Origin: a virus
Lineage: Duplodnaviria; Heunggongvirae; Uroviricota; Caudoviricetes
DNA: 9,461 nucleotides
IMG/VR virus record: IMGVR_UViG_2565956711_000008
Reading direction: 5' to 3' (one strand)
Program-made: the position numbers and the translations under genes
Shown: one piece after another, positions 6,767-9,461 of the stretch
Position numbering within the stretch: position 1 is the stretch's first letter
Layout: every line of letters begins with the position of its first letter
The notes under the pieces: generated by a model
What the model was told of the DNA's origin: nothing
Database searches by the model: none
What the model saw: the letters and a program-made list of their open reading frames with translations, nothing else

Positions 6767-8812
6767 TCTAACGGGAAATACACCGCACAGGATGCAACGA
6801 CAGCACAGAAAGGGATAATCCAGCTAAGCAGCGCGACCAACAGCACGTCTGAAACGCTGGCGGCAACGCCAAAGGCAGTAAAATCAGCCTATGACAATGC
6901 AGAGAAACGTCTGCAGAAAGACCAGAACGGCGCTGATATACCCGATAAGGGACGCTTCCTGAACAACATTAACGCGGTCAGTAAAACAGACTTTGCTGAT
7001 AAGCGTGGTATGCGTTATGTGCGGGTTAACGCTCCTGCAGGTGCAACATCTGGAAAATATTACCCTGTTGTTGTTATGCGTTCTGCTGGCTCAGTAAGCG
7101 AACTGGCATCAAGGGTCATTATCACCACGGCAACGCGAACCGCAGGCGATCCGATGAATAACTGCGAGTTTAACGGATTTGTTATGCCTGGTGGCTGGAC
7201 TGACAGGGGGCGTTATGCTTATGGAATGTTCTGGCAATATCAAAACAATGAACGAGCCATCCACTCAATAATGATGAGTAATAAGGGCGATGATTTGCGC
7301 TCTGTGTTCTATGTTGATGGCGCTGCTTTCCCTGTTTTTGCGTTTATCGAAGATGGCCTGTCAATATCCGCACCTGGTGCTGATCTCGTTGTTAATGATA
7401 CGACCTATAAGTTTGGGGCAACAAATCCAGCGACTGAATGTATCGCGGCGGACGTTATCCTTGATTTTAAGAGTGGGCGTGGTTTTTATGAGTCTCATTC
7501 GTTAATCGTTAACGATAACTTGTCGTGCAAAAAACTTTTTGCCACAGACGAAATTGTAGCGCGTGGTGGTAATCAGATTCGAATGATAGGTGGGGAGTAT
7601 GGGGCATTATGGCGTAATGATGGCGCTAAAACTTACCTGCTGCTTACCAATCAAGGTGATGTTTATGGTGGATGGAATACATTAAGACCGTTTGCTATTG
7701 ATAACGCAACCGGCGAACTGGTTATTGGAACCAAGCTGTCTGCAAGTCTGAACGGTAACGCATTGACAGCAACAAAGCTGCAAACGCCAAGACTGGTTTC
7801 TGGGGTTGAGTTTGATGGTTCAAAAGATATTACTTTAACCGCCGCGCATGTGGCTGCTTTTGCCAGAAGGGCAACGGATACATATGCCGATGCGGATGGT
7901 GGCGTTCCCTGGAATGCCGAATCAGGCGCTTACAATGTCACCCGCTCTGGCGACAGCTATATTCTGGTTAACTTCTATACCGGAGTCGGAAGTTGCCGGA
8001 CCCTGCAGATGAAGGCGCATTACAGAAATGGTGGTCTGTTCTACCGTTCTTCAAGAGACGGTTATGGTTTTGAGGAAGACTGGGCAGAAGTTTATACCTC
8101 GAAAAATCTTCCACCAGAAAGCTACCCAGTCGGCGCACCAATCCCGTGGCCATCAGATACCGTTCCGTCTGGTTATGCCCTGATGCAGGGGCAGACTTTT
8201 GACAAATCTGCTTACCCGAAACTTGCAGCCGCTTATCCGTCAGGCGTGATCCCTGATATGCGTGGCTGGACGATTAAGGGCAAGCCCGCCAGTGGTCGGG
8301 CCGTATTGTCTCAGGAACAGGACGGCATTAAATCACACACCCACAGCGCCAGCGTATCCAGTACGGATTTGGGGACGAAAACCACATCGTCGTTTGATTA
8401 CGGCACTAAATCCACGAATAACACTGGTGCGCATACTCATAGTTTAAGTGGCAGCACGAATGCAGCTGGTAATCACAGCCATAGAGATGGCCGTCGATTT
8501 AACCCCAGTGTTTTTAAAGATACTTATCAATATGGTTATACAAGCTCAGGTCAAAATACCTGGGGTGTACAAGGCTCAGTAGGTATGTCTACGGGGTGGT
8601 TAGCTAATACCAGTACAGATGGTAATCATAGCCACTCACTGTCCGGCACAGCAGCATCTGCAGGTGCACACGCGCATACTGTCGGTATTGGTGCTCATAC
8701 GCACTCCGTTGCGATTGGTTCACATGGACACACCATCACCGTTAACGCTGCTGGTAATGCGGAAAACACCGTCAAAAACATCGCATTTAACTATATTGTG
8801 AGGCTTGCATAA
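6767..8812 (+). pseudogene. stfR: 5'-truncated side tail fibre gene (lambda Stf / Rac StfR-like), C-terminal ~680 codons
   Basis: Frame is open from the stop at 6764-6766 to TAA 8810-8812. From about 6790 it reads [31 protein letters not shown]..., the conserved internal tail-fibre motif (lambda Stf has it mid-protein). It ends [31 protein letters not shown], identical to the lambda Stf C-terminus as I recall it. No N-terminal region is present; the first in-frame ATG is at 7010 and lacks a good ribosome-binding site. Confidence 0.85.
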
Positions 8813-9396
8813 TGGCATTCAGAATGAGTGAACAACCACGGACCATAAAAATTTATAATCTGCTGGTCGGAACTAATGAATTTATTGGTGAAGGTGACGC
8901 ATATATTCCGCCTCATACAGGTCTGCCAGCAAACAGTACCGATATTGCACCACCAGATATTCCTGCTGGCTTTGTGGCTGTTTTCAACAGTGATGAGGCA
9001 TCGTGGCATCTCGTTGAAGACCATCGGGGTAAAACGGTTTATGACGTGGCTTCCGGCGACGCGTTATTTATTTCTGAACTCGGTCCGTTACCGGAAAATG
9101 TTACCTGGTTGTCGCCGGGAGGGGAATATCAGAAGTGGAACGGCACAGCCTGGGTGAAAGATGCAGAAGCAGAAAAACTGTTCCGGATCCGGGAGGCGGA
9201 AGAAACAAAAAACAGCCTGATGCAGGTAGCCAGTGAGCATATTGCGCCGCTTCAGGATGCTGCAGATCTGGAAATTGCAACGGAGGAAGAAACCTCGTTG
9301 CTGGAAGCCTGGAAGAAGTATCGGGTGTTGCTGAACCGTGTTAATACAACAACTGCACCGGATATTGAATGGCCAACAGTACCCATTATCGAATAG
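8812..9396 (+). CDS. tfaR: Tail fibre assembly protein (lambda Tfa-like), 194 aa
   Basis: [51 protein letters not shown]... to TAG 9394-9396. ATG overlaps the stf stop (TAATG). Size and position immediately after stf match the lambda stf-tfa pair. Confidence 0.88.
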   Translation: MAFRMSEQPRTIKIYNLLVGTNEFIGEGDAYIPPHTGLPANSTDIAPPDIPAGFVAVFNSDEASWHLVEDHRGKTVYDVASGDALFISELGPLPENVTWLSPGGEYQKWNGTAWVKDAEAEKLFRIREAEETKNSLMQVASEHIAPLQDAADLEIATEEETSLLEAWKKYRVLLNRVNTTTAPDIEWPTVPIIE

Positions 9397-9407
9397 TGCA
9401 TTACGAA

Positions 9408-9448
9408 CTGCAGGATATTATATGGGATAATATTCTGCAGTTTATTGG
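9408..9448 (+). terminator. Candidate terminator or palindromic site after tfaR
   Basis: 14-bp inverted repeat CTGCAGGATATTAT / ATAATATTCTGCAG (9408-9421 and 9427-9440; 13/14 complementary, one G-U pair in RNA), 5-nt loop, followed by TTTATT. Starts 12 nt after the tfaR stop. Stem is AT-rich, so termination efficiency is uncertain. Confidence 0.35.
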
Positions 9449-9461
9449 GGCTGTATTTTAA

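Noticed and set aside
6546-6818. 90-aa ORF spanning the trkG 3' end, the terminator and the tail-fibre junction
   Set aside because: Overlaps trkG in another frame and runs through the terminator hairpin; its translation is low complexity (PATPPPPAALAAG comes from the GC-rich stem). Not a credible gene.
7290-9157. Short ORFs inside stf and tfaR (7290-7505, 7968-8153, 8262-8447, 8619-8801, 8791-9024, 8876-9157)
   Set aside because: Alternative-frame or antisense ORFs inside conserved tail-fibre coding sequence; no start-site support.
9397-9461. Possible 3' end of a DNA invertase (pin) gene or a Gin/Pin crossover site at the window end
   Set aside because: No minus-strand reading frame ending here resembles an invertase C-terminus, and the palindrome lacks the crossover-site core I would expect; treated as a candidate terminator instead.
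1-9461. CRISPR arrays, tRNA/rRNA genes, or a recognisable anti-phage defence operon
   Set aside because: No regularly spaced direct repeats, no tRNA-like cloverleaf candidates and no unassigned multi-gene block. Every stretch over about 160 bp is accounted for by the prophage genes, IS1 fragment or trkG.

Overview
This window reads as a heavily decayed Rac-type lambdoid prophage of Escherichia coli, not a novel system. Left to right: integrase and excisionase (minus strand), ydaC, the RalR toxin gene, recT and a 5'-truncated recE (all minus strand); then a partial IS1 copy abutting the 3' fragment of a phage lysozyme gene, an intact Rz/Rz1 spanin pair, the AT-rich potassium-transporter moron trkG, a 5'-truncated side tail fibre gene and its tail fibre assembly gene (plus strand). 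Two deletion junctions are visible: recE-interior to IS1 at about 4135, and trkG-terminator to tail-fibre-interior at about 6770-6790. Together they remove what a canonical Rac carries between recE and the lysis genes (immunity, kil, replication) and between trkG and stf. Two point lesions are also apparent relative to the canonical proteins as I recall them: a TGA in place of a Trp codon in ralR, and a one-base homopolymer insertion shifting the last codons of recT. I could not support any CRISPR array, tRNA/rRNA or recognisable defence system. Gene names rest on reading the translated ORFs against remembered Rac, lambda and IS1 proteins; no database search was run. The integrase stop codon sits at bases 1-3, so the attachment site lies outside the window.
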